Of a DNA stretch of 20,000 nucleotides, positions 9,111 to 15,265 are shown piece by piece (within the stretch, counting starts at the first letter, position 1; the number at the start of each line of letters is the position of its first letter). A model generated the notes under the pieces. The model was not told the DNA's origin. It saw only the letters and a list, made by a program, of their open reading frames with translations, and did no database searches. Made by a program: the position numbers and the translations under genes. Source of the stretch: an uncultured virus (IMG/VR IMGVR_UViG_3300047094_000158) (Duplodnaviria; Heunggongvirae; Uroviricota; Caudoviricetes); the IMG/VR virus record IMGVR_UViG_3300047094_000158; one strand, given 5' to 3'.

Positions 9111-9308
9111 TCAGACACTCTTGCGTCCTTGTATCCAACCTGAGTGAATACCAATGAGCGGTGCGTCAATGTTGACGGCTGTGCCCAATGGTAATGCGTC
9201 AGCGTATTTGTCAATAAACTCTAACACTTTTTCTTTGCTATCAAACGGCATGTCTTTGACTGCGCCATTTACTGATGTTAATTGAACTGGTATCATTTGT
9301 TCCTTCAC
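9111..9308 (-). CDS. Hypothetical protein, paralog of 12339-12521
   Basis: Aligns with 12339-12521 (NGxVK...SK..V..FI..Y..ALPxG). Confidence 0.75.
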   Translation of the reverse strand: MKEQMIPVQLTSVNGAVKDMPFDSKEKVLEFIDKYADALPLGTAVNIDAPLIGIHSGWIQGRKSV

Positions 9309-9406
9309 TAGTTAAACCAACCTTGTCTATCTGCTGCTATAAAAAATAGCATGGTGGACATAAATACTACAAAAAATATCACGCTACCAATTCCTTCTGT
9401 TTCCAT
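9308..9406 (-). CDS. 32-aa membrane peptide
   Basis: METEGIGSVIFFVVFMSTMLFFIAADRQGWFN; AGGAG RBS. Confidence 0.55.
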   Translation of the reverse strand: METEGIGSVIFFVVFMSTMLFFIAADRQGWFN

Positions 9407-9408
9407 AA

Positions 9409-9513
9409 TTAGTTATTCTCCTCGTCAATTCCAAACATTTCCACAAACACTTTGTTTGCTTCTTGTAAAGCCTCTATGGCTTCGTTAATCTTATCCATGT
9501 TAGCGATAGTCAT
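9409..9513 (-). CDS. 34-aa hypothetical protein
   Basis: MTIANMDKINEAIEALQEANKVFVEMFGIDEENN; TAATG coupling. Confidence 0.6.
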   Translation of the reverse strand: MTIANMDKINEAIEALQEANKVFVEMFGIDEENN

Positions 9514-9671
9514 TAGCGACCACCTGCCTTAACATATTCCATAGCAACATCAAAACCCATTTCGTCAATGAGTTGAGCAGCACGGCGAATGCTAATCTCA
9601 GGTTGAGGATGATTGATAGATAGAGCAGATGAGCCAAACTCATCAGCGATTTCGTTATATATAGTGTTCAT
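9513..9671 (-). CDS. 52-aa hypothetical protein, first gene of leftward early operon
   Basis: AAGAAAGG RBS; MNTIYNEIADEFGSS...VKAGGR. Confidence 0.7.
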   Translation of the reverse strand: MNTIYNEIADEFGSSALSINHPQPEISIRRAAQLIDEMGFDVAMEYVKAGGR

Positions 9672-9720
9672 TTAATGAACCTTTCTTTTAATGCGGTTAA
9701 ACCTTTTAACCTTTTGCTGA

Positions 9721-9753
9721 CCTAGGTTATTTGCTCTTGCGAGGCTCACTAGG
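9721..9753 (-). ncRNA. Structured 5' leader: stem, UGAGC/CAAAUAAC internal loop, GCAA tetraloop
   Basis: Minus strand CCTAG-TGAGC-CTC-GCAA-GAG-CAAATAAC-CTAGG. Confidence 0.55.
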
Positions 9754-9778
9754 ATTTCTTATTTAATTGTATGTCGTA

Positions 9779-9817
9779 AGACTATCATATAAACCTTGAA
9801 AAGTCAAGGCGACACGC
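9779..9817 (-). promoter_or_regulatory. Leftward promoter with GACAC box
   Basis: Minus strand GCGTGTC-gcc-TTGACT-N17-TAGTCT. Confidence 0.75.
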
Positions 9818-9837
9818 TGTCTTTTTTTGTGTGATTT

Positions 9838-9901
9838 GCCTCACTTACTTGCTACGCTCATGCGAACACTTGTTCGCCTTATTTGGTAGGCTCATTGAGA
9901 C
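9838..9901 (-). ncRNA. Candidate small RNA with two opposed UGAGC/CAARUAAG internal loops
   Basis: Minus strand GTCTCA-ATGAGC-CTAC-CAAATAAG-GCGAAC-AAGT-GTTCGC-ATGAGC-GTAG-CAAGTAAG-TGAGGC, downstream of its own promoter, no convincing ORF. Confidence 0.55.
9863..9876. promoter_or_regulatory. Perfect Gram-positive/actinobacterial SOS (LexA) box
   Basis: CGAAC-ACTT-GTTCG. Confidence 0.5.
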
Positions 9902-9928
9902 TATCTTTCTTTATTTATTTATAGTAGA

Positions 9929-9968
9929 ATACTATCACACAATACCTGAAAAGTCAAGACGACACGCC
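9929..9968 (-). promoter_or_regulatory. Leftward promoter with GACAC box
   Basis: Minus strand GGCGTGTC-gtc-TTGACT-N17-TAGTAT; 150 bp from the sister promoter. Confidence 0.75.
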
Positions 9969-10049
9969 GTGAATTACATGCCTGTAATTAGTGATATACA
10001 CCACACGACAAATAGTACAAATCGGACATTGGACTCGGGTTTTTTAGAG

Positions 10050-10112
10050 TTATCCACAGGGGTTATCCACAGACACTTTTATACTGGTGAGTATACTGCT
10101 GAGTTATCCACA
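10050..10112 (+). promoter_or_regulatory. Three perfect DnaA boxes
   Basis: TTATCCACA at 10050, 10063, 10104. Confidence 0.8.
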
Positions 10113-10172
10113 GGCTAATGTGTTGCGGATCACATAAAAATTGTCTCATATACTGGTCAGTAATAGCGAAAA

Positions 10173-10194
10173 TGTCAGTGGTCTATGTTAGACT
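10173..10194 (+). promoter_or_regulatory. PafBC/RecA-NDp-type promoter
   Basis: TGTCAG-N10-TAGACT, no TTG -35. Confidence 0.7.
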
Positions 10195-10243
10195 TACCAG
10201 TATAAAGAAAGTGAGAAACTCTCACTAAAGAAAGGAATTCAAA

Positions 10244-10417
10244 ATGAATTCACTAAAAGAAAAAGTGTGTAAGCATACACCTAATAAAAATGCTATCTCT
10301 ATCGTTCATGATGAGCGATTTACTTTCTGCGAGGATTGTGAGCAGAATATAACTTCTCACCTTCGTGAGGATAATGACTTCATGTCATACTGGACTTCAT
10401 GGAAGGTTGGTAAGTAA
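10244..10417 (+). CDS. 57-aa Cys/His protein, paralog of 11244-11426
   Basis: AAGAAAGG RBS; VCKHTPNKNAISIVHDERFTFCEDCEQNI...WTSWKV. Confidence 0.75.
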   Translation: MNSLKEKVCKHTPNKNAISIVHDERFTFCEDCEQNITSHLREDNDFMSYWTSWKVGK

Positions 10418-10516
10418 ATGATAACAACCTTAGCATGTCGCTTGTGCGATAATAAAATTTCTAGTGAATTCTTTGATGAGCAAGATATAATTACTTGCTC
10501 TAATTGTTGGGAGTAA
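10418..10516 (+). CDS. 32-aa zinc-finger peptide
   Basis: MITTLACRLC...ITCSNCWE. Confidence 0.6.
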   Translation: MITTLACRLCDNKISSEFFDEQDIITCSNCWE

Positions 10517-10520
10517 ATAA

Positions 10521-10712
10521 ATGAAAACTGATTTTGAAATTCAGCAAGATTTAGAAAATGAATTTAATGAAATGCTTGATGAATGTTATCCCACTGTGGA
10601 AATTGGTGGCATAACTTTTTACCCTTCTCAAATTGTAAAAGATTGCGATCCAATTGCTTATCGTGTCTGGTTATCTGATTGGGAAGCAGACGCAGAAAGT
10701 AGAGGAGAATAA
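10521..10712 (+). CDS. Conserved small phage protein
   Basis: FNEMLDECYPTVEIGG.TFYPSQIVKDCDPIAYR motif; GGGAG RBS. Confidence 0.75.
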   Translation: MKTDFEIQQDLENEFNEMLDECYPTVEIGGITFYPSQIVKDCDPIAYRVWLSDWEADAESRGE

Positions 10713-10714
10713 AA

Positions 10715-10840
10715 ATGTTAAAAGAAATAAAAAATAAAATAATTCGTATTCAAGAATTGCGCCGCAGTAATGCGGCTACTGCAATTCCAAATAAGAAAAA
10801 ATATTCTAGAAAAATAAAACATAAAAATAAATTGCAATAA
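10715..10840 (+). CDS. 41-aa basic peptide with ArfA-like C-terminal motif
   Basis: MLKEIKNKIIRIQELRRSNAATAIPNKKKYSRKIKHKNKLQ; AGGAG RBS. Confidence 0.6.
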   Translation: MLKEIKNKIIRIQELRRSNAATAIPNKKKYSRKIKHKNKLQ

Positions 10841-10853
10841 AAAACCCGAGGAG

Positions 10854-10874
10854 TTATCCACAGGTTTATCCACA
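10854..10874 (+). promoter_or_regulatory. Two perfect DnaA boxes
   Basis: TTATCCACA at 10854 and 10866. Confidence 0.8.
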
Positions 10875-11000
10875 TGATACGTATCACATTTACCCCCCTC
10901 TATAAAAGCCCTGCTCAGAGCCTTAATTGGCATACCTATAGAAATGTGGCGTACATCACAAATCAAAATGTCCGTTTTGCCCTACTTACTGGCTAGTAGA

Positions 11001-11022
11001 TGTCAGACCCCCCTGTTATACT
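11001..11022 (+). promoter_or_regulatory. PafBC/RecA-NDp-type promoter
   Basis: TGTCAG-N10-TATACT, no TTG -35. Confidence 0.7.
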
Positions 11023-11072
11023 TACTAGTATAAAGAAAGTTAAATAAAGGTTATTTAACAAGAAAGGTCAAA

Positions 11073-11195
11073 ATGACAAACAGAATATTTGAAAAAGATA
11101 TAACAGATACTATGGCTCAACTTATGGGCTACAATAAATGTGAAAAATGCGGTGGCGGTTGGATAGCCCAACCAATATGCGTAATGTGTAAATAA
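11073..11195 (+). CDS. 40-aa zinc-finger peptide
   Basis: AAGAAAGG RBS; CEKC...CVMCK. Confidence 0.65.
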   Translation: MTNRIFEKDITDTMAQLMGYNKCEKCGGGWIAQPICVMCK

Positions 11196-11243
11196 TAACT
11201 TAATAAAATAAAATTAACTAACAAAAAAGAAAGGTTGTCTAAA

Positions 11244-11426
11244 ATGATAACACTAGAAAAAACAATAGTATGCAAAGAGCATACACCAAATAAATCTGCT
11301 ATCTCTATGGTAGGAGATGACCAATTCACATTCTGCGAAAGTTGTGAACAAAATATTGAGCGTTGGTATAACGATACTGACCCAGAGCGTCTGCCTATGT
11401 GGACAGATTGGAAAGTGTCTAACTAA
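11244..11426 (+). CDS. Cys/His protein, paralog of 10244-10417
   Basis: VCKEHTPNKSAISMVGDDQFTFCESCEQNI...WTDWKV. Confidence 0.75.
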   Translation: MITLEKTIVCKEHTPNKSAISMVGDDQFTFCESCEQNIERWYNDTDPERLPMWTDWKVSN

Positions 11427-11602
11427 TGAGTATTGAACTTCAAGATGTACTAAATGTCTGCCGTCAAATTCGTGGAAACGATAGAGACTCAGGCGCACAC
11501 TATTTACTTGGTTATCTTTGGGCTAACACTCCAAAGAAAGAACAAATTAGAATTGCAAAACTATTTAATAACGATTTATTAGAACAGGAAAAAAATAAAT
11601 GA
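11426..11602 (+). CDS. 58-aa hypothetical protein
   Basis: TAATG coupling; MSIELQDVLNVCRQ...YLLGYLWAN... Confidence 0.65.
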   Translation: MSIELQDVLNVCRQIRGNDRDSGAHYLLGYLWANTPKKEQIRIAKLFNNDLLEQEKNK

Positions 11603-11700
11603 ATAACTTTTATCAAACCTTTTTTGTAAGTGGTAACGCATTGTTTTGGTTTTCAATGATCTGTTTATCTTATGCATTTTATTTATTCGTAAAAGAATAA
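11599..11700 (+). CDS. 33-aa membrane peptide
   Basis: ATGA overlap; hydrophobic ALFWFSMICLSYAFYLFV. Confidence 0.55.
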   Translation: MNNFYQTFFVSGNALFWFSMICLSYAFYLFVKE

Positions 11701-11851
11701 TTATTCAGATCACTGCATAAAAAACCCGACTCCCCTGGCGTGTCGTCCACAGCCTGTGGATAACTTACGAGATGTGTTTAAGATCACAGAAATTTTGTGG
11801 GGCATATCACACCTCTGAGCGTCTCATTATTTGGAATTACTGGCTAGTAAG

Positions 11852-11880
11852 TTGTAAATGTCTGCTAATTTTGATAGACT
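11852..11880 (+). promoter_or_regulatory. Promoter with -35 and PafBC-like element
   Basis: TTGTAA-a-TGTCTG-N10-TAGACT. Confidence 0.65.
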
Positions 11881-11917
11881 TACATAGTAAGAAAATAACG
11901 AAAGGAAGTGGCTAACA

Positions 11918-12118
11918 ATGGCTAACTTATACACAATAGAAAACTTGCTAATTGGCAAGACTTATAACTCAAAAACTTTGCGTGGAGAAATTATCTCAGC
12001 AGAAAAACACCCTAAAGCAATTTGGTATGGAGAAAATACCGAAGCCTATTTGGTGGAAATTAACTCTGGAACTTTCAGAAATAAATTCCGCACAATAGCG
12101 GTGAAGGTTGGTGAATAA
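11918..12118 (+). CDS. Small beta-barrel (SH3-like) hypothetical protein
   Basis: GAAAGGAAG RBS; IGKTYNSKTLRGEII pattern. Confidence 0.7.
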   Translation: MANLYTIENLLIGKTYNSKTLRGEIISAEKHPKAIWYGENTEAYLVEINSGTFRNKFRTIAVKVGE

Positions 12119-12120
12119 TA

Positions 12121-12243
12121 ATGGGATACATTGAAATTTTTAGATTAGATGAAAATGGTGCTGGCTGGGTAGATTTATCTGAGGCTACCCCGCAGGAATT
12201 GCTTGACCTAGAAATAGGCTTATTTCAGGAAGGGGCTTTGTGA
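12121..12243 (+). CDS. 40-aa acidic peptide
   Basis: MGYIEIFRLDENGAGWVDLSEATPQELLDLEIGLFQEGAL. Confidence 0.6.
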   Translation: MGYIEIFRLDENGAGWVDLSEATPQELLDLEIGLFQEGAL

Positions 12244-12304
12244 GATAAATCACAAGGCAACACACCCCTAGCAGGTTGAAAATGTCAGGGATTTTTGGTA
12301 GGAT
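12239..12304 (+). promoter_or_regulatory. Perfect Crp/GlxR box plus promoter with PafBC-like element
   Basis: TGTGA-GATAAA-TCACA (12239-12254); TTGAAA-a-TGTCAG-N10-TAGGAT (12276-12304). Confidence 0.7.
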
Positions 12305-12338
12305 AGTCCTATCAAACAATAAAGAAAGGTGGTCAGAA

Positions 12339-12521
12339 ATGACTTACACTATAACACTAGAAACCTTTAATGGTTCTGTAAAAAAAATCAGCGTTCCTTC
12401 AAAGGGTGCTGTATCTCAATTCATCAACGAATACCCAAAGGCTTTGCCTGTTGGTATCTCTGTAAAAATGTCTTGCGACGCTCTTGGCGTTCGTGGAACA
12501 TTGAGGGGGTTGGCTAAATGA
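12339..12521 (+). CDS. Hypothetical protein, paralog of 9111-9308
   Basis: AAGAAAGGTGG RBS before ATG 12339. Confidence 0.75.
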   Translation: MTYTITLETFNGSVKKISVPSKGAVSQFINEYPKALPVGISVKMSCDALGVRGTLRGLAK

Positions 12522-12667
12522 TAAACTCTGTAATGGCTTTTGATTGTGATGAGTGTAATGGGCAAGGTCTTATTTTTTGGGGTAATGATCTTGACTATGA
12601 TGTAGAAAAGTGCGAATGTGAAAATTTTGCACTAGGCACTTTATTTACCACTAAGGAGAACGACTAA
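12518..12667 (+). CDS. 49-aa zinc-binding peptide, paralog of 13346-13531
   Basis: CDECNGQG...GNDLDYDVEKCEC...LFTTKEND. Confidence 0.7.
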   Translation: MINSVMAFDCDECNGQGLIFWGNDLDYDVEKCECENFALGTLFTTKEND

Positions 12668-12879
12668 TGATGACTAGAAAAGACTATATTAAAACCGCAA
12701 ATATTCTAAAAGGATTTGTTGATGAAATTCCACAAATTACTTATGAGGATTTAGTAAATGAGTTTGCTGAGTGGTTCAAATCTGATAATGAAAACTTTGA
12801 TTTCGCAAGATTTGAGAAGGCTTGTGGAATTGATGAAATTGGTTTAGTTCCTGTTGGATCTGAAATGTGGAAGGGGTAA
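12667..12879 (+). CDS. Conserved small phage protein
   Basis: MTRKDY...A......F..DN.NFD.ARF.KAC motif; AAGGAG RBS. Confidence 0.75.
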   Translation: MMTRKDYIKTANILKGFVDEIPQITYEDLVNEFAEWFKSDNENFDFARFEKACGIDEIGLVPVGSEMWKG

Positions 12880-12883
12880 ATAA

Positions 12884-13030
12884 ATGTTAACTGATTTAGA
12901 TTTAATTGCAATAATAATTGCGCTAACTGGTTGCTTAACTGTTATGTTTTTATTTTGGAAACAAAATATTGCACAACAAAAAGAAATTCGTAGATTGCGT
13001 AATGAATTGCGTAAACTTCTTAAAGTATAA
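12884..13030 (+). CDS. 48-aa membrane/coiled-coil peptide
   Basis: N-terminal TM (LIAIIIALTGCLTVMFLFW) and basic helix. Confidence 0.6.
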   Translation: MLTDLDLIAIIIALTGCLTVMFLFWKQNIAQQKEIRRLRNELRKLLKV

Positions 13031-13036
13031 AATGAA

Positions 13037-13062
13037 ATCCTGGACATGATATAAAACTGTCC
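13037..13062 (+). ncRNA. 3'-UTR H-type pseudoknot, copy 1
   Basis: ATC-CT-GGACA-T-GAT-ATAAAAC-TGTCC. Confidence 0.6.
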
Positions 13063-13161
13063 GAACGTTTGTTCTAAAAATCCCCGAGGCGTTTTCCACA
13101 GGTTTGTCCACAGGCCTTTACGTGTGATTAAAAACACACCCCAGATTCCCCAGATCTTTAC

Positions 13162-13200
13162 GGCGTGTCGTTTGAAAACGTCAGTCCAGTCTGCTAGGAT
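13162..13200 (+). promoter_or_regulatory. Promoter with GACAC box and PafBC-like element
   Basis: GGCGTGTC-gt-TTGAAA-a-CGTCAG-N10-TAGGAT. Confidence 0.7.
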
Positions 13201-13223
13201 AAAGATATAACGAAAGGAAAACT

Positions 13224-13346
13224 ATGAAAGATTACTTTGATGAATTCTATGATGACTACTATTCTAACGTTGAGCGTGTTAGCGTGTCTGATTGCTATTG
13301 TAAAACTATGATGCTATGCTCGTATTGTGCGAAGGGATATAACTAA
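13224..13346 (+). CDS. 40-aa Cys-rich peptide
   Basis: GAAAGGA RBS; DCYC...LCSYC. Confidence 0.6.
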   Translation: MKDYFDEFYDDYYSNVERVSVSDCYCKTMMLCSYCAKGYN

Positions 13347-13531
13347 TGGGTAAAGTTAAAAATGCACTAATGGATATTCTTGCTCATAGCGATTGCTATG
13401 GCGCAGGTTGGCAATTCGTAGGAAATGCTATAGACTATGATGTATGGGCGTGTGAGTGTAATCCTTACAATATCCCTGCTGATGAAATACAGGACTACCA
13501 CCAATTATTTAAAACTAAGGAGAACGCATAA
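13346..13531 (+). CDS. Zinc-binding protein, paralog of 12518-12667
   Basis: HSDCYGAG...GNAIDYDVWACEC...LFKTKENA. Confidence 0.7.
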   Translation: MGKVKNALMDILAHSDCYGAGWQFVGNAIDYDVWACECNPYNIPADEIQDYHQLFKTKENA

Positions 13532-13740
13532 TGGAATATAATTATTCACTTACTACTTCGTATGACGGAGAGTTAGTTCATACCCTGCGAGTTAGCGACA
13601 TGCTAGAGGCAGTAAACGCTTGGACTAAATGTGTAGACTTTGGCGATGCTAAAGAATACGCAACCTATAATTTATCTGACCCAACAGGTAAAATGTATAC
13701 AAAGACCTTCTACACTAACGGAAATGTGGTAATTAAATAA
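13531..13740 (+). CDS. Hypothetical protein
   Basis: AAGGAG RBS, TAATG coupling. Confidence 0.7.
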   Translation: MEYNYSLTTSYDGELVHTLRVSDMLEAVNAWTKCVDFGDAKEYATYNLSDPTGKMYTKTFYTNGNVVIK

Positions 13741-14027
13741 TGGGATCAATAACAGCACTAGGAATTAAAGATGAAGTCTTAGACTTAGAAACTCAATTAC
13801 TTTATCACTTAAAGGGTAATCACTATCCACCAGTACCAGCAGAGATGGTTAAGCCTTGTATTGAAGCGATTGACGCATTCTATGATGAGGACTATCAACG
13901 CATGATTGAGATGCCTATGGTTGGCGACTTTCAAATTTTATATCGTGGAATGACACACGCACCTGCTAGCGCAATAGTAAGCCAGCACCACCTAGAGTGG
14001 TTTATTGACCCAGTAAATGAGGACTAA
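13740..14027 (+). CDS. Hypothetical protein
   Basis: HLKGNHYPPVP...SQHHLEWF His-rich motif; TAATG coupling. Confidence 0.7.
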   Translation: MGSITALGIKDEVLDLETQLLYHLKGNHYPPVPAEMVKPCIEAIDAFYDEDYQRMIEMPMVGDFQILYRGMTHAPASAIVSQHHLEWFIDPVNED

Positions 14028-14028
14028 G

Positions 14029-14268
14029 ATGATTGATCTAGAAAATGATGATACCATTCAGATTGTGGACTATGTAAAAGTTGATATATTAACTTCAGGT
14101 CAATTAGAGATTGAAGATTGTATTCTAATTGGCGATGAAGTTGTGTCTATTGTAGATATAGTATCACTACCTGATGGATATACTTTAGAAATTGTAAATG
14201 ATTTTGGTGAAAGAGAAATAATTGAAGTTGGCGAATACGACCAATTTGATTTAATGATGTTACAGTAA
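14029..14268 (+). CDS. Acidic hypothetical protein
   Basis: GAGG RBS before ATG 14029. Confidence 0.65.
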   Translation: MIDLENDDTIQIVDYVKVDILTSGQLEIEDCILIGDEVVSIVDIVSLPDGYTLEIVNDFGEREIIEVGEYDQFDLMMLQ

Positions 14269-14315
14269 AGGCCGCCCGAGTAGCGATTTGTCCGATTTGT
14301 ATCAATTAAGAAGGC

Positions 14316-14344
14316 TTGATATTTTCTCCAAATTATGCTAAAAT
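14316..14344 (+). promoter_or_regulatory. Sigma70 promoter, leaderless
   Basis: TTGATA-N17-TAAAAT with TG extension; ATG 6 nt downstream. Confidence 0.7.
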
Positions 14345-14350
14345 TTTTAT

Positions 14351-15079
14351 ATGAACACACCACAGTTAAAAAGATCACATGATAGAAAGGTGACTAACCT
14401 TGTCACAAAAAATGGAAAACAGTCCGCTATTGCCAATACTTTTGGATTACCTGCTGGAAAAGAATTCTCATGTCCTGGGGCTACTAGTGTCTGCGAAAGT
14501 GTCTGCTACGCAGGAAAACTTGAAAAGTTATTCAAAGGAGTAAAAACTAATCTCCTGCACAATTGGGAGTTATTGAAAAACGCTGATCATGAAACTATGA
14601 CGGCATTGCTATATGTAATGATTGCTGATTTTAAAAAAGATTGTGATAAGAAGAATGCACAAAAACTATTCCGTATCCACTGGGACGGAGATTTCTTTAA
14701 TGACACTTACACAAAAGCATGGAAAGAAGTTATAGAGTATCATAGTGACGTAAAGTTTTGGGTATACACTAGAGTACATTCTGCAGCGGTAATGCTCAAG
14801 GACATCCCTAATCTATCTTTATACTATTCAACAGATAGCGAGAATAAAGATATTGGTGTTAGTTTAAAGAAAGATCACGGAGTGCGTCTTGCATACCTTG
14901 CAAAGAATTTTGCTATTGGTCAAGCAGACATGAAAGAGTTATTCAACCGTCCTGGCGCTAAGTGTCCTGAGAATCTAAAGTCTATCCCCCTTATCTCAAA
15001 TAGTGGAAGTGCTTGCGTATCATGCGGATTGTGTGTATACTCAAAGAGCGACATCGTATTCTCGTCATCTAAAAAATAG
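14351..15079 (+). CDS. GP88-like protein (mycobacteriophage L5 gp88 family; Cys-rich, possibly Fe-S/radical-SAM-related)
   Basis: FGLPAG..SCPGATSVCESVCYAGK, FRIHWDGDF, FWVYTR, CP...CVSCGLC. Confidence 0.75.
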   Translation: MNTPQLKRSHDRKVTNLVTKNGKQSAIANTFGLPAGKEFSCPGATSVCESVCYAGKLEKLFKGVKTNLLHNWELLKNADHETMTALLYVMIADFKKDCDKKNAQKLFRIHWDGDFFNDTYTKAWKEVIEYHSDVKFWVYTRVHSAAVMLKDIPNLSLYYSTDSENKDIGVSLKKDHGVRLAYLAKNFAIGQADMKELFNRPGAKCPENLKSIPLISNSGSACVSCGLCVYSKSDIVFSSSKK

Positions 15080-15088
15080 GAGTATCGC

Positions 15089-15154
15089 TTGGAAATGTTA
15101 ATAATACTATCAATCATATTCTGCTGCCTATTGTTCGCAGGTATGGGTCATTAA
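15089..15154 (+). CDS. Short hydrophobic peptide
   Basis: AGGAG RBS then TTG/ATG; LIILSIIFCCLLFAG. Confidence 0.35.
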   Translation: MEMLIILSIIFCCLLFAGMGH

Positions 15155-15201
15155 GTGTGGTCTAAATCACATCTCAAAATATGAGATTATTGTGATATAA
15201 C

Positions 15202-15230
15202 TTGTATTTTTGGGATAAAAATGTTAGACT
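15202..15230 (+). promoter_or_regulatory. Sigma70 promoter
   Basis: TTGTAT-N17-TAGACT; Crp-like box at 15156-15171 upstream. Confidence 0.65.
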
Positions 15231-15265
15231 TGTATAGTAAGCAAAAACCAACAAAAAGGAGAACC

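Noticed and set aside
9017..9214. 65-aa ORF as given in the track
   Set aside because: Overlaps 9111-9308 by ~100 nt; only a short distal part starting near 9118 may be real, and I could not support it.
9721..9901. Hammerhead or other known self-cleaving ribozyme
   Set aside because: No CUGANGA/GAAA core or other ribozyme consensus that I recognise.
9780..13200. CRISPR array or iteron-like tandem repeat
   Set aside because: No constant-length repeat with regular spacers; the motifs are short, shuffled and separated by genes.
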